A stretch of 64,000 bases of DNA from positions 16,284 through 80,283 of the forward strand of contig CAYSZW010000004.1 of the NCBI GenBank assembly GCA_964435665.1. Reading direction: 5' to 3'. The position numbers and the translations under genes are program-made. Every line of letters begins with the position of its first letter. The stretch's first letter is position 1. The notes below the pieces were generated by a model that was not told the origin of the DNA, ran no database searches, and worked only from the letters and a program-made list of their open reading frames with translations. Below, one piece after another: positions 8,448-17,821 of the stretch. The stretch comes from an uncultured Gammaproteobacteria bacterium. Its GTDB lineage: Bacteria; Patescibacteriota; Microgenomatia; UBA1406; GWC2-37-13.

Positions 8448-11400
8448 ATGGCAGAAAATGAAGGTCGTTCACCGGCACCATTGGAAACACAGATAAAACA
8501 AGGATTTTCTTTAGAATGGGCCAAGGCAGATAGTGCAGATAAAAAGAAATCTCTCATGCAGCGGATAATGCAGAGGATTCGTGATATGGTTACTAAAGCA
8601 GATGAGTCTGAGAAAAATAAAACTGAAACTTCAGAAAAAGAAGCAAAAGAAGCTAAACAAGAAGCTGCTAAATCTGTTATTGAGTTTTTTCAATTTTTAA
8701 CTGGGAATGTGGGTCAAGTTTTAGATCCAGAAACTCTTAAGTCTCTTCCATTAAATGAATCACAAGTTTCATTTCTTCAAAATTTAGGGAAAATGAATCA
8801 AAATCAAGAATCTGCCGGATTAATTTCACAAATTGTAAAAAAAACTATAGATAATCCGGATTACCTAACTCTCTCCAAGCCTGGTGATCCAACAAAGTCT
8901 CAACTAGAACAAGATTTTGAAAAAGTTAAAAGTAATGAGCGTGCAAAGCACTATTTTATCTTAGGTTTAACAAAATTAGCAGCAGAAGGTAAGCTAAAAG
9001 ATGCAGAAGGAAAAAATCTTTCGATAGATGATGTAAATGCAAGATTCCCATATGTGAATGAAGAGAGCACAGAAACCAATAGTAAATCACAAACTGAAAA
9101 ACAAAACACACAAAATCGTGTGGAAGATGAGACAGAAGAATTTAATTTACCTCCAAGTCAACAAGGTAGAGGATTTGGTCGTAAACGAAATAAGGCAGAG
9201 GATCCAGTAAGATTAGCACGATATAAAGATATAATGGACAGATTGCGTAAAATTGATGATGTCCAATCTGTAGAGTTAAATGCAAAATTAGAAGCCAATA
9301 GACAAGCGATAAAAGATCTAGAAGAAAAAAATTTATCTAAAGAACAAAAACAACAAGAATATACAAAACTAAGTGAGGAACAAGCTGATCTGGATGAAGA
9401 GTCAAAAGTTCATTTTGATCAAGTTAATGAAGCTTTAAACTATTTAATAACTGGAGAATTTACTGGTTCGCCAGAAGAGAAAGCACAGATAGAACAATTT
9501 ATAAAAGACCGATTAAACAATCAAGATCCTGCATATTTGAATGAAGTTAAAGCTTTTATGCAAGAAGGTACAGGAACTCTTGATGGGACGTATGAAGGAT
9601 ATCAAGATTTAGCTGATAAAGTTAACAGTGACTATACAACCGAAGCTATTAAAACAAGAATAATAAAAAATGGGAGGATAGATTTGGAAGCTATACAAAG
9701 ATTGCAGGCAGATATTGAAGATGATATTGGCGTACTGTTCGAAACACTTTACAATAGTCCTAAAGGAAGTTTCGAAGAATCTTTTTCTTCCTATTCAGAA
9801 GGTCAAATGCTACGTAAAATAACACAACATTTAAGAGTTCAGATAAATCGCATATTGGAGGAAGTCCCTCGAGATAAAAGAGATCAGTTTAAACAAATAT
9901 TTAATGACATGATCATATCTCCAATTCAGCGTAGACCAGCATTAGAACGTATAGTACATCAGTATCAACAAGTTGGTGCAACTATTGATTTAGAAAAGTT
10001 ACGTGATATTTTGAAGACATACAATATATCATCTTTACAAGAATTTTATAACGATGATCTAAGTGCAACGATTAATGATTTAATGCCTTCATTTGTACAA
10101 CATTTATTTATTAAAAATGGAAATGAAATGATTAATAATTTTTTTCAGCTTGTTCAAGAGGAAGAAGAGATTGACAGTAAGATTGTTTTTGGGAAAAATG
10201 AAGGACGTAGGTCTAAAAAATTTGTTCTGAAATATAGACAAGAGTGTATAGATTATATGCACACTGTTATTAATGCTGCAAACAGAGCAAAAGGTAATAC
10301 TGATGAAATTTCTAAAGATCGAATAAATGCCCGTTTTTCTCGTGCATATCTGGATAATTTCCTTTTAACTTTACGAGGAATAAAAGTAATGTCTAAAGCA
10401 AATCCTATGTTCGAAAAATTCGGAGATCTGCCTTTCGCAAGCTTAATTACAGGAATTTTTAATCCATTAGCTGGATGGGGAAAGTTTGGACATAGAGGTC
10501 GTGGTCACCAAGAAAGTGGAGATGCAGAAACTACAGAATTTTCTGGTATGAATAACTTTGCTTTTAATGAAATTGCTGCACAAGAATATATTAAAAAATA
10601 TGGAGATGTATTTGACAATTTTCATCCGGCTGAGATGAAAAAAGAAGGTGATAAGAGAGTAATGTTTCAAGTATATCCAGACAATAAACAACTCATGGAA
10701 GATTTGAAAACAGGCCGTTGGGATGCATATTACACCATGGATGAAGTGTATAAGGGTATGGTTTTTGGAAATATAATCGATCAGCAATATTGGCCGTTTG
10801 CAGGGTTTAATAAAGTAGTACTACCACGTTTAGCGAAAGAATTATATAAGAAAGAACTAAACGAATTATCTAGGCAAGAGGCATTAGAGCTTAAATATCG
10901 TACTTCTGGGGTTGTTACTGCGTTTTGGAATGTGGAAGGGTATGCTTCTGATGATACAGAAAATATGTTTGTTCGTTATCAATATAATCAAGAAATTGCA
11001 AAAGAATTTGCTTCACGTATTAAGACAATGGGCCGAGAATTAACAGAAGAAGAAAGAAAGGTAATAAAGGAAGAGATTGTGGCTAAAAAAAAATATGAGT
11101 TTAGCAATATGGATTGGATTAAAGAAACAGCAAAATATACTAAAGGAGAAAAGCGTTTTGACAAAATTTTTGATGTGAAAATGGAAGGTAAAGACTCAAA
11201 AGTTGCTTTCCGTGAGTACAGAATGCATAGATTTAATTCATTAAAAGGAGAAGTGTTTCATCAGTTGTTATTAAAAGATCCAAATGCTTGGCTTGCAGAA
11301 ATGGTGCAAACATATCCTGAATTGGCTAAAGGTAAAGTACCATATACAGATAATAATGGTATAAACCATGAAGTTACTGCATCTGAGTTCTATTTTAATC

Positions 11401-12491
11401 TAGATGCAATACCAGATAGTTCTATACCAAAAGATCTCAAAGTTCAAAGAGATAGATTCCGTTTTAAAATACTCACCAAATTTAGAGGAAAAGAAGGAGA
11501 TTATTTAAGTAATGTGCCACATTTAAAAAAAATCATGGATTTTTATACCAAATTATATGAGACAGAATCTGACAAAGATACAGCACTCCTTAAATTAAGC
11601 GAAAATCTTACTACTGCGCGACAAATTGCAGTACAAGGTAGTGAATCTGCAATTAAAGATAATTATATAACGGATGATAATATTAGATCTTTAATGTTTG
11701 ATAAAAATGATGGCCTTATAACTTACTTTAATAATATGGTTGGAGGGGATGATAAAGAAAAACGCAAGAAATACTTTGGAGATGGAGAGCACGATTTAGG
11801 TGAAGTTAATGGATTTTATCAACGTTGGTCTTTTTCTAAAGAACAAGATAATCAATCAAATATTCTTCCAGAAGGAGATACAAACATGAAATATTTATTG
11901 GAAGTAAACGAAAATCCACAAGCATTAGATAGACGTCTAGGTACAGATATGGCTTTTGTTAAAGCTCAGGAAGTACTTAATAAAGTTCCAAGTGTTTGTA
12001 AAAAAGCAGCAGATTCAGATAATTTTGATTCTTGGTATGGAACAATTGAAGAACTTCACAAAGAAATGGCTGTTATTGCAGACGAGGATCAAGGTAAAGA
12101 ACAAAAATATCAGCAACTACTTTATCAGACCATATGTAATTGGTTCTCACTTGATAGCGATACTGAGAAAATGTTTATTGGTTTCTTAAATCAAATGAAG
12201 CTGGGTACAGACGCTTCTATGGCTAATTTAAAGTCTAAAAATATGTCTAAGTTTGTTCTCGATCAAGATAGTAGAAGGGAATATTTAATAAGATTACAGG
12301 ATAGAGCATATCTCAAAGGTAATTATGATGCAATTGGCGGTTGGGGTTTTGATACTGCTGAATTAGTTGCTGGAGTGAGCATGGCCGAGATATTTAGAAA
12401 ACAAGCTGTCTATGCTTTAATAGGAGCTGCTATTGTTACGGTTGCTACGGCTATTAAAGAAGGATATGAAGAGGAAATAGATGAGGATTAA
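8448..12491 (+). CDS. Giant (1347 aa) orphan protein, charged/helical, with a single C-terminal TM helix (tail-anchored topology)
   Basis: Long uninterrupted ORF. There is no N-terminal signal peptide and no Walker A or HExxH motif was found by eye. The only hydrophobic segment is AVYALIGAAIVTVATAI near the C-terminus, followed by an acidic tail. Confidence 0.7.
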   Translation: MAENEGRSPAPLETQIKQGFSLEWAKADSADKKKSLMQRIMQRIRDMVTKADESEKNKTETSEKEAKEAKQEAAKSVIEFFQFLTGNVGQVLDPETLKSLPLNESQVSFLQNLGKMNQNQESAGLISQIVKKTIDNPDYLTLSKPGDPTKSQLEQDFEKVKSNERAKHYFILGLTKLAAEGKLKDAEGKNLSIDDVNARFPYVNEESTETNSKSQTEKQNTQNRVEDETEEFNLPPSQQGRGFGRKRNKAEDPVRLARYKDIMDRLRKIDDVQSVELNAKLEANRQAIKDLEEKNLSKEQKQQEYTKLSEEQADLDEESKVHFDQVNEALNYLITGEFTGSPEEKAQIEQFIKDRLNNQDPAYLNEVKAFMQEGTGTLDGTYEGYQDLADKVNSDYTTEAIKTRIIKNGRIDLEAIQRLQADIEDDIGVLFETLYNSPKGSFEESFSSYSEGQMLRKITQHLRVQINRILEEVPRDKRDQFKQIFNDMIISPIQRRPALERIVHQYQQVGATIDLEKLRDILKTYNISSLQEFYNDDLSATINDLMPSFVQHLFIKNGNEMINNFFQLVQEEEEIDSKIVFGKNEGRRSKKFVLKYRQECIDYMHTVINAANRAKGNTDEISKDRINARFSRAYLDNFLLTLRGIKVMSKANPMFEKFGDLPFASLITGIFNPLAGWGKFGHRGRGHQESGDAETTEFSGMNNFAFNEIAAQEYIKKYGDVFDNFHPAEMKKEGDKRVMFQVYPDNKQLMEDLKTGRWDAYYTMDEVYKGMVFGNIIDQQYWPFAGFNKVVLPRLAKELYKKELNELSRQEALELKYRTSGVVTAFWNVEGYASDDTENMFVRYQYNQEIAKEFASRIKTMGRELTEEERKVIKEEIVAKKKYEFSNMDWIKETAKYTKGEKRFDKIFDVKMEGKDSKVAFREYRMHRFNSLKGEVFHQLLLKDPNAWLAEMVQTYPELAKGKVPYTDNNGINHEVTASEFYFNLDAIPDSSIPKDLKVQRDRFRFKILTKFRGKEGDYLSNVPHLKKIMDFYTKLYETESDKDTALLKLSENLTTARQIAVQGSESAIKDNYITDDNIRSLMFDKNDGLITYFNNMVGGDDKEKRKKYFGDGEHDLGEVNGFYQRWSFSKEQDNQSNILPEGDTNMKYLLEVNENPQALDRRLGTDMAFVKAQEVLNKVPSVCKKAADSDNFDSWYGTIEELHKEMAVIADEDQGKEQKYQQLLYQTICNWFSLDSDTEKMFIGFLNQMKLGTDASMANLKSKNMSKFVLDQDSRREYLIRLQDRAYLKGNYDAIGGWGFDTAELVAGVSMAEIFRKQAVYALIGAAIVTVATAIKEGYEEEIDED

Positions 12492-12502
12492 AAAACTCCT
12501 AA

Positions 12503-12530
12503 TAGACAACTTCTAGAGAATAAGTATAAT
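12503..12530 (+). promoter_or_regulatory. Putative promoter TAGACA-16-TATAAT with the ATG at predicted +1
   Basis: The -35-like element is at 12503-12508 and a perfect TATAAT at 12525-12530. The spacer gaaatt is 6 nt and the ATG is at 12537. Confidence 0.45.
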
Positions 12531-12536
12531 GAAATT

Positions 12537-14177
12537 ATGGTGAAACGTTTTTTGCTTCTCTTATTAACTCTTGTAACTTTTTTCATGCTTACCTCCGTTA
12601 GTAGCGCAAATACTATAGATCCTCAAGATAGTAAAATAAAAAATTGTTTTGATACCGCTCCTGGTAATTATCTTGAATCTTATAATGCTGAAACCTATAA
12701 TCAAAATTTATTTGATTGTTTGAAGCGCGATTTAGTTCCAGACCATCCAACTTGGCAATGTGAATCATCCATTGATTGTCCGATTAAATTTGCAGAATCA
12801 GTTTGCGCAGAAGTTAATAATAGAATTTGGTATAGAAGAAATGTCTTTGTACAAAAATGTGAAACTTTAAAAGATCAATATCAAACTTTGTTTATAGAAA
12901 AAAATAAACTCGCACCCACTGTAGCACCAACTCCTACTCCAACAATAAATCAGAGTATTACCCCCACTCCAACCGCTATAACTAATAGTGTTTCAGCTAG
13001 TGATGAATGTATAGCTCTTATTACTCAAGATTGTCGTACAACTATGATTGCTCTGGATCGTTGTTACAATAATTTAAATGCAGGTAGTGGCGTTTGGTCA
13101 TGTCTGGATGAAAATAATCAAGATGTAGCAGATGCCAGATGTAAGGCATCTTTTACGAATCGTATTAGACAAAATGTCTATTCTAAATTTAATGAATACT
13201 GTGATGGGAACTATACTACGAGTGACACTCCTATAGGTAGTGGTGGCGTAAATGTATCACGAATTATTAACTATAGTACTTTAAGTGAGATATTTGATAA
13301 AAAGCTTAATATTAGAAGAAATAATGCTTTAGATCCATTTGATTTAGGACCAACTCCATATCCACCTACTCCAGCTATAATTGATAATAGATATTTAGAA
13401 AATTTAGTTATCCAAGATGATTTGGCTACCGATTCTGAATTGCTAGAGGATGCAAAAGAAACATTAACTTGTGGTTTTGCTGGAGTTGAGGGTAAAAATG
13501 TATGTTGCAGTAATACTATTAAAGATATAACTCCGAGTTTAAGCGGACAAGATGCTATAGCTCCACAAATAGATTGTGGATTTTGGCAAGGTGTATTTGG
13601 TGTTTGTGATCTGCCAGATTTTAGCCAACTTGCCAAAGATAAATTTACTGAATATTTTGAACAAAATAACATTGTTGGCAGTTTAAATGAATATATTGAT
13701 AAACAAGGTGAATTGCCACAATGTTTTATTGGAGTCCCTTCTACATCGACAGCTGCTGTATCTGCTATAAATGTAGCACCTGTATGTACATGTGAATTTG
13801 AGTCTGCTGCAGCTATTTGTCAACGTTATATTGATACTGATGACACAGATGCGTTAGCGAAGTGTAACACCTGTATGCAAAATAATGATATAGATGAAAA
13901 GAATTTTTATACGGCTCTAGGATGTATTGATACTAGTATAGATGGAATTATTACAATGGTATTTACTTTGGGATTAGGAATTTCTGGTACAACTGCTTTA
14001 TTTTGTATTATCTATGCAGCTTTTATTATGCAAACTTCTCAAAATAATCCAGAAAGGATACAAAAAGCACAAGAAACAATTACTTCTTGTATAACGGGAT
14101 TAATTCTAATTATTTTCTCAATATTTATTCTTCGTGTTATAGGAGTAGACTTGTTACGGATACCTGGATTTGGTTGA
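12537..14177 (+). CDS. Secreted Cys-rich protein with a PT-rich linker and a C-terminal T4SS-pilin-like (TrbC/VirB2-like) two-TM module
   Basis: Signal peptide MVKRFLLLLLTLVTFFMLTSVSSA, numerous Cys residues and a linker APTVAPTPTPT...TPTPTA. The C-terminal ~90 aa (nt ~13899-14177) form two TM helices around a polar loop (SQNNPERIQKAQETITS) and align with the 110-aa protein at 23881. Confidence 0.7.
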   Translation: MVKRFLLLLLTLVTFFMLTSVSSANTIDPQDSKIKNCFDTAPGNYLESYNAETYNQNLFDCLKRDLVPDHPTWQCESSIDCPIKFAESVCAEVNNRIWYRRNVFVQKCETLKDQYQTLFIEKNKLAPTVAPTPTPTINQSITPTPTAITNSVSASDECIALITQDCRTTMIALDRCYNNLNAGSGVWSCLDENNQDVADARCKASFTNRIRQNVYSKFNEYCDGNYTTSDTPIGSGGVNVSRIINYSTLSEIFDKKLNIRRNNALDPFDLGPTPYPPTPAIIDNRYLENLVIQDDLATDSELLEDAKETLTCGFAGVEGKNVCCSNTIKDITPSLSGQDAIAPQIDCGFWQGVFGVCDLPDFSQLAKDKFTEYFEQNNIVGSLNEYIDKQGELPQCFIGVPSTSTAAVSAINVAPVCTCEFESAAAICQRYIDTDDTDALAKCNTCMQNNDIDEKNFYTALGCIDTSIDGIITMVFTLGLGISGTTALFCIIYAAFIMQTSQNNPERIQKAQETITSCITGLILIIFSIFILRVIGVDLLRIPGFG

Positions 14178-14274
14178 TAGTTCACTATTCCATTATATAT
14201 ACTTAAATTAATGAGTATACAATTTTAGTGAGCTCAATTCAAAAAAGATATTTACAAGAGAAATCTTTGTTATA

Positions 14275-15999
14275 TTAGGTACTTCTATCTTGAAGTGCTT
14301 CACGAATTGAATCGCTTGGATTTTCTGCTTTTAAGAAGTTTATAACCCTGCCAAACCCAGTAGCACCTTCTTCTTTATATTGTCCAAATTCACTTAAAAA
14401 GGATCTCGATCTTGTTAATAATCCCATCCCTCCTGCCAGTGCGACTCCAGCTCCACCAAGTAATTTGCCTGGAGTAATATTAAATGGTAAGTCTTCAACT
14501 CCAAATGTTTTCTTCACAAAGGCTATCATATCCGGTATTAAGAAAATTATACTAATAGCTACTAACATAACAAATCCATTAGCTTCAATTGAATAAAGAA
14601 AAGGTGGTCTCCACAATTCTCGATCTAAATTAAATACTCCATATAATGGCGCAGTAGAAGATATATTAGATATCATGCCAGCCGTCATTATAAGAATTGC
14701 TACCAAAGGAAAAGTGAGTAAGTTAAAAAACAATCCTTTAATCCAGTATGCAAATGTATTTCTTTCTGGCAATGCTTCAAACATAAGGATAAATGGTGAA
14801 AAAATAATTGAAATTAATATTTTTGTATAAGTAATAAACAGAAGGAAAAAGATTCTAAAGAATAAAAATAAAGTTGTGACAAAAACAAAGAAACTTAAAA
14901 TTAAGGGGAAAAGTATGCCCATTAATAATCCAAAAACAGCAAATGAAATAATTGCACCTATTCCAGTAGCTAACCATCCACCTATAACTGGAACAGGTCT
15001 AAGAATGTTTCCAGTAACAAAGTCATGTACTTGAGGATGTAAATTTAATATCAGAAACACAACGCCACTAAGTACTGTTCTTAATGTAAATTGTAATTCA
15101 TAAGGTACTAATGAAAGAATAGCTGAACCAGATTTCCAGATATCACCGTTGCCCACGACTTTACCAAATAAATTCCAACCAGTAGTATTAAAGATATCAC
15201 CTGCTGTAGCAGTAATATTAGCATTATTAATAGGTTGAGCCCATCCTAATGCAATAGCTACTTCTCTGGTGCTTACTGTATCAGTAGCAATATTCTGAAC
15301 AATAATACTACCTCCTAAACCCATAATTACATACATAATATCAATCAGGAACCCAGCTATTGGAAAGGAGAATGTAATAAGTATTAATGCCAATACAATT
15401 CTTGGTATTGCATTTTCTATTGCGATCACAGTTTGAGGGTTAATATTAGCTCTAAACATTATCATAAAGCCTATGCTAATCACTACAAGTACAAGTAATA
15501 AATAGGAAACATTTCTAAATATTTTCCAGATAGGTGCGAGAGGTTGTAATGAATAAAAACCAATACCTTGTGCATATGTCTGTGGTACAAATCCAGCTTC
15601 TTGCATACCTTCATAAGCCCATAAAACTCCTGAAGCAGGTGGATTGGCATATGGAGCAACGAAAATATTAGAAGCTTTAGTAACAAAACTTCGTTCAATG
15701 TAAGGTGCAGCTTCATCAGGATTATCAGTACAAGTTTCTCCTAAAGTTAAGCATAGAAATCCACTATATACAGCTAGTTGAGATTTCGTAATATCATCTT
15801 TTTGAAATTGAGGACTAGCAATGAAATCATAAAGCTCCATACGACTTTGTTCATATGCACTACTATGCAGTGTTATTTTATCTTTATTCATGAAGTATGC
15901 AAAAAGATAAAAAATAGTTATAAAAACGGAGATTATTATGGTGGCATTTCTCAGATAAAGGAGCCAAGTTCGGACAGCAGTATCTGCATTTTTAAACAT
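14275..15999 (-). CDS. Polytopic integral membrane protein (roughly 8-10 TM helices); VirB6/TrbL-like topology is a hypothesis only
   Basis: 574 aa. After the first TM there is an extracytoplasmic loop of ~130 aa, then densely packed hydrophobic helices. It is the last gene of the minus-strand operon 18665->14275. Confidence 0.6.
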   Translation of the reverse strand: MFKNADTAVRTWLLYLRNATIIISVFITIFYLFAYFMNKDKITLHSSAYEQSRMELYDFIASPQFQKDDITKSQLAVYSGFLCLTLGETCTDNPDEAAPYIERSFVTKASNIFVAPYANPPASGVLWAYEGMQEAGFVPQTYAQGIGFYSLQPLAPIWKIFRNVSYLLLVLVVISIGFMIMFRANINPQTVIAIENAIPRIVLALILITFSFPIAGFLIDIMYVIMGLGGSIIVQNIATDTVSTREVAIALGWAQPINNANITATAGDIFNTTGWNLFGKVVGNGDIWKSGSAILSLVPYELQFTLRTVLSGVVFLILNLHPQVHDFVTGNILRPVPVIGGWLATGIGAIISFAVFGLLMGILFPLILSFFVFVTTLFLFFRIFFLLFITYTKILISIIFSPFILMFEALPERNTFAYWIKGLFFNLLTFPLVAILIMTAGMISNISSTAPLYGVFNLDRELWRPPFLYSIEANGFVMLVAISIIFLIPDMIAFVKKTFGVEDLPFNITPGKLLGGAGVALAGGMGLLTRSRSFLSEFGQYKEEGATGFGRVINFLKAENPSDSIREALQDRST

Positions 16000-16035
16000 A
16001 GATTCATTCTACTGAATTTGCGTTATGAAAGTCAA

Positions 16036-16473
16036 TTACTCTTGTACCTCAGAGACTTCTACCCTTGGTGGAAGTGTAACTTGGTCAAGTGTGCGGTATT
16101 CAATTTTATATAAATCTTGATTTATATTTAAGTCTGTAAAGAAACGATTTACAGTCTGTACTGCAGCATTTTGATCACCTTGAAAATAAATAAGAAAGGT
16201 TCCACTTCTACTTTTATATTCCACAGTTATATCTTCAAATTTAATTGGATACAGTAATTCATTACGAATTTCTGGTGCGAGAGTTGGCACTATATAGTTA
16301 ATAACAACTGGTGTAATAGTGGGCAATGGTGAAGGTGTTACTGTAATAGGTAAACCATCTGGTCCTGTAGTCATTTGTAGTCTACTAATCATTACATAAA
16401 GAAATATGATTAATAGAATAATGCCGCCAATAATTAATATATATTTTTTATTATTCATATCTATAAAGTACAT
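16036..16473 (-). CDS. Small N-terminally TM-anchored protein (cassette partner of the SLT-like hydrolase)
   Basis: One TM helix (YILIIGGIILLIIFLYVMI), a Pro/Thr linker and a ~90-aa domain. The architecture parallels the ORF at 17360-17821. An alternative start at 16458 removes the overlap with the upstream gene. Confidence 0.6.
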   Translation of the reverse strand: MYFIDMNNKKYILIIGGIILLIIFLYVMISRLQMTTGPDGLPITVTPSPLPTITPVVINYIVPTLAPEIRNELLYPIKFEDITVEYKSRSGTFLIYFQGDQNAAVQTVNRFFTDLNINQDLYKIEYRTLDQVTLPPRVEVSEVQE

Positions 16474-17363
16474 TGGTGAATTATAAATTCACAATACGTA
16501 CGATTTCCTAAATGTTGAAATGGAGTTTTACATTCTCCAAAGTATCTTTTGCCAGCTTGAAAAATTGCATTTTGATCCCAATTCCTATTACCTGCTTGGG
16601 TTCCACTATCTTGTTTAAGTTTTTTTGCTGCAGCAAAAGTGCTGTCTCGTAAGTTACATACATTTGATTGATGACTGGCTCCATCATATTGATTTACCGC
16701 ATTGCCATATGAACCCCATGCATTAGGGCAAGAATTTAAACATTTTCCATTCCAACAGCATCGATTGCAAGAAGTTGAACCTCGTTCATCTGTTCCAATA
16801 GTCATTTGCATATGGCCTGCTGCAGAACAAGAATTCCATGGACAGTTTGGGATTTTTTGTCCAGGTTGAATATATTGATTAACTTGTTCAGGCGTATATT
16901 TTAAAACTGGAGTATATTCCATGTATGAAATTGCTTCAATAACACAGGTAGGAACTGAAACTTTTTGCCCGACATAATCATAAAAAGTTTGTATAGCTGT
17001 AAATGTTTGGTCTACCGGTTTTCCTCCAGGTGTTTGTGATGGAATAACATTTGTTGGAAATGGTGTTAATGAATTAAGTGGAGTTGGAATTGATGAAGGA
17101 TTTGTAGATGGCCCTGTAGAGTTGTTTCTAGGAGTACCTTCTGATCCATTCGTTCCACCTGTTGGTCTTTTAAAAAAAATATCTAAAAAATCTTCAAAAA
17201 TTTCATTAGAAGTTTTTTGCGTATCTCCAGGATTATAACAACGACCATCACCACTATCCATACAAGGTCTATCCGGGTTTTCCAGAGAGCCTGGCTGAGC
17301 AAATACAATATTATGTGAAAAAATAAATAAAATTAAGAGTAATAGAGTAATAATGTATTTCAT
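16461..17363 (-). CDS. Secreted Cys-rich protein: shared N-terminal module plus a lysozyme-like / SLT-like (lytic transglycosylase) C-terminal domain
   Basis: Signal peptide. The module [41 protein letters not shown] is shared with the 292-aa paralog. EAISYMEY ... SAAGHMQMT ... AGKRYFG resemble SLT motifs I-III (ES / GLMQ / AYNAG). The SLT call is motif-level only. Confidence 0.5.
   Translation of the reverse strand: MKYIITLLLLILFIFSHNIVFAQPGSLENPDRPCMDSGDGRCYNPGDTQKTSNEIFEDFLDIFFKRPTGGTNGSEGTPRNNSTGPSTNPSSIPTPLNSLTPFPTNVIPSQTPGGKPVDQTFTAIQTFYDYVGQKVSVPTCVIEAISYMEYTPVLKYTPEQVNQYIQPGQKIPNCPWNSCSAAGHMQMTIGTDERGSTSCNRCCWNGKCLNSCPNAWGSYGNAVNQYDGASHQSNVCNLRDSTFAAAKKLKQDSGTQAGNRNWDQNAIFQAGKRYFGECKTPFQHLGNRTYCEFIIHQCTL
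17172..17300. repeat. 129-nt repeat copy A (encodes the shared N-terminal module of the 300-aa protein)
   Basis: Aligned by eye to 18471-18599 with 10 mismatches in 129 nt (~92% identity) and no gaps. Flanking coding sequence is unrelated. Confidence 0.85.
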
Positions 17364-17821
17364 AAAGTTGACATTTCCATTATATTAAACTTCTCTTGAG
17401 GAATAGCTGAGAACTGGGCATTTATAAATGAATTAAAGTTATTTCTTGACTCAGTAATTGGATCTAAAATAATGACATCATATTGAAAGGTTTCGTAGTT
17501 ATATGTAATAGTAAAACCATTTCCATTAAATGGAGAAAGTTTATATAGTTCGGTATTTTGGTCAATTTCTGCTTGTTCTTCTGTGGTAAATTCTGGTTCC
17601 ACAAATCCTGTAAAATCTCCAGTTACTTCTGGTGTAGGAGCTTGTCCAATTGGAATAATTGAATTAGTACTACCTCCATTACGATTCATACTGAATAGAA
17701 GGGTAGCAATAAGTAATATAACTACAAATATAATTAAAGTAATAATAATTATTTTTTTATATTTTAAAATTGTATCTTGGTCCATATTATTTTCTTCTAA
17801 CTGCAGCTGCAAATGTAACAA
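17360..17821 (-). CDS. Small N-terminally TM-anchored protein (cassette partner of the C39-like peptidase)
   Basis: One TM helix (IIIITLIIFVVILLIATLLF) followed by a ~100-aa domain. A 4-nt ATGA overlap joins it to the downstream gene. An alternative start at 17785 (MDQDTILKYKK) lies 1 nt after the upstream stop. Confidence 0.6.
   Translation of the reverse strand: MLHLQLQLEENNMDQDTILKYKKIIIITLIIFVVILLIATLLFSMNRNGGSTNSIIPIGQAPTPEVTGDFTGFVEPEFTTEEQAEIDQNTELYKLSPFNGNGFTITYNYETFQYDVIILDPITESRNNFNSFINAQFSAIPQEKFNIMEMSTL

Noticed and set aside
14178-14274. Possible terminator in the convergent gap between the 546-aa gene and the 574-aa gene
   Set aside because: Only an imperfect AT-rich pairing (aagatattt / aaatctt) was found, which is too weak to call.
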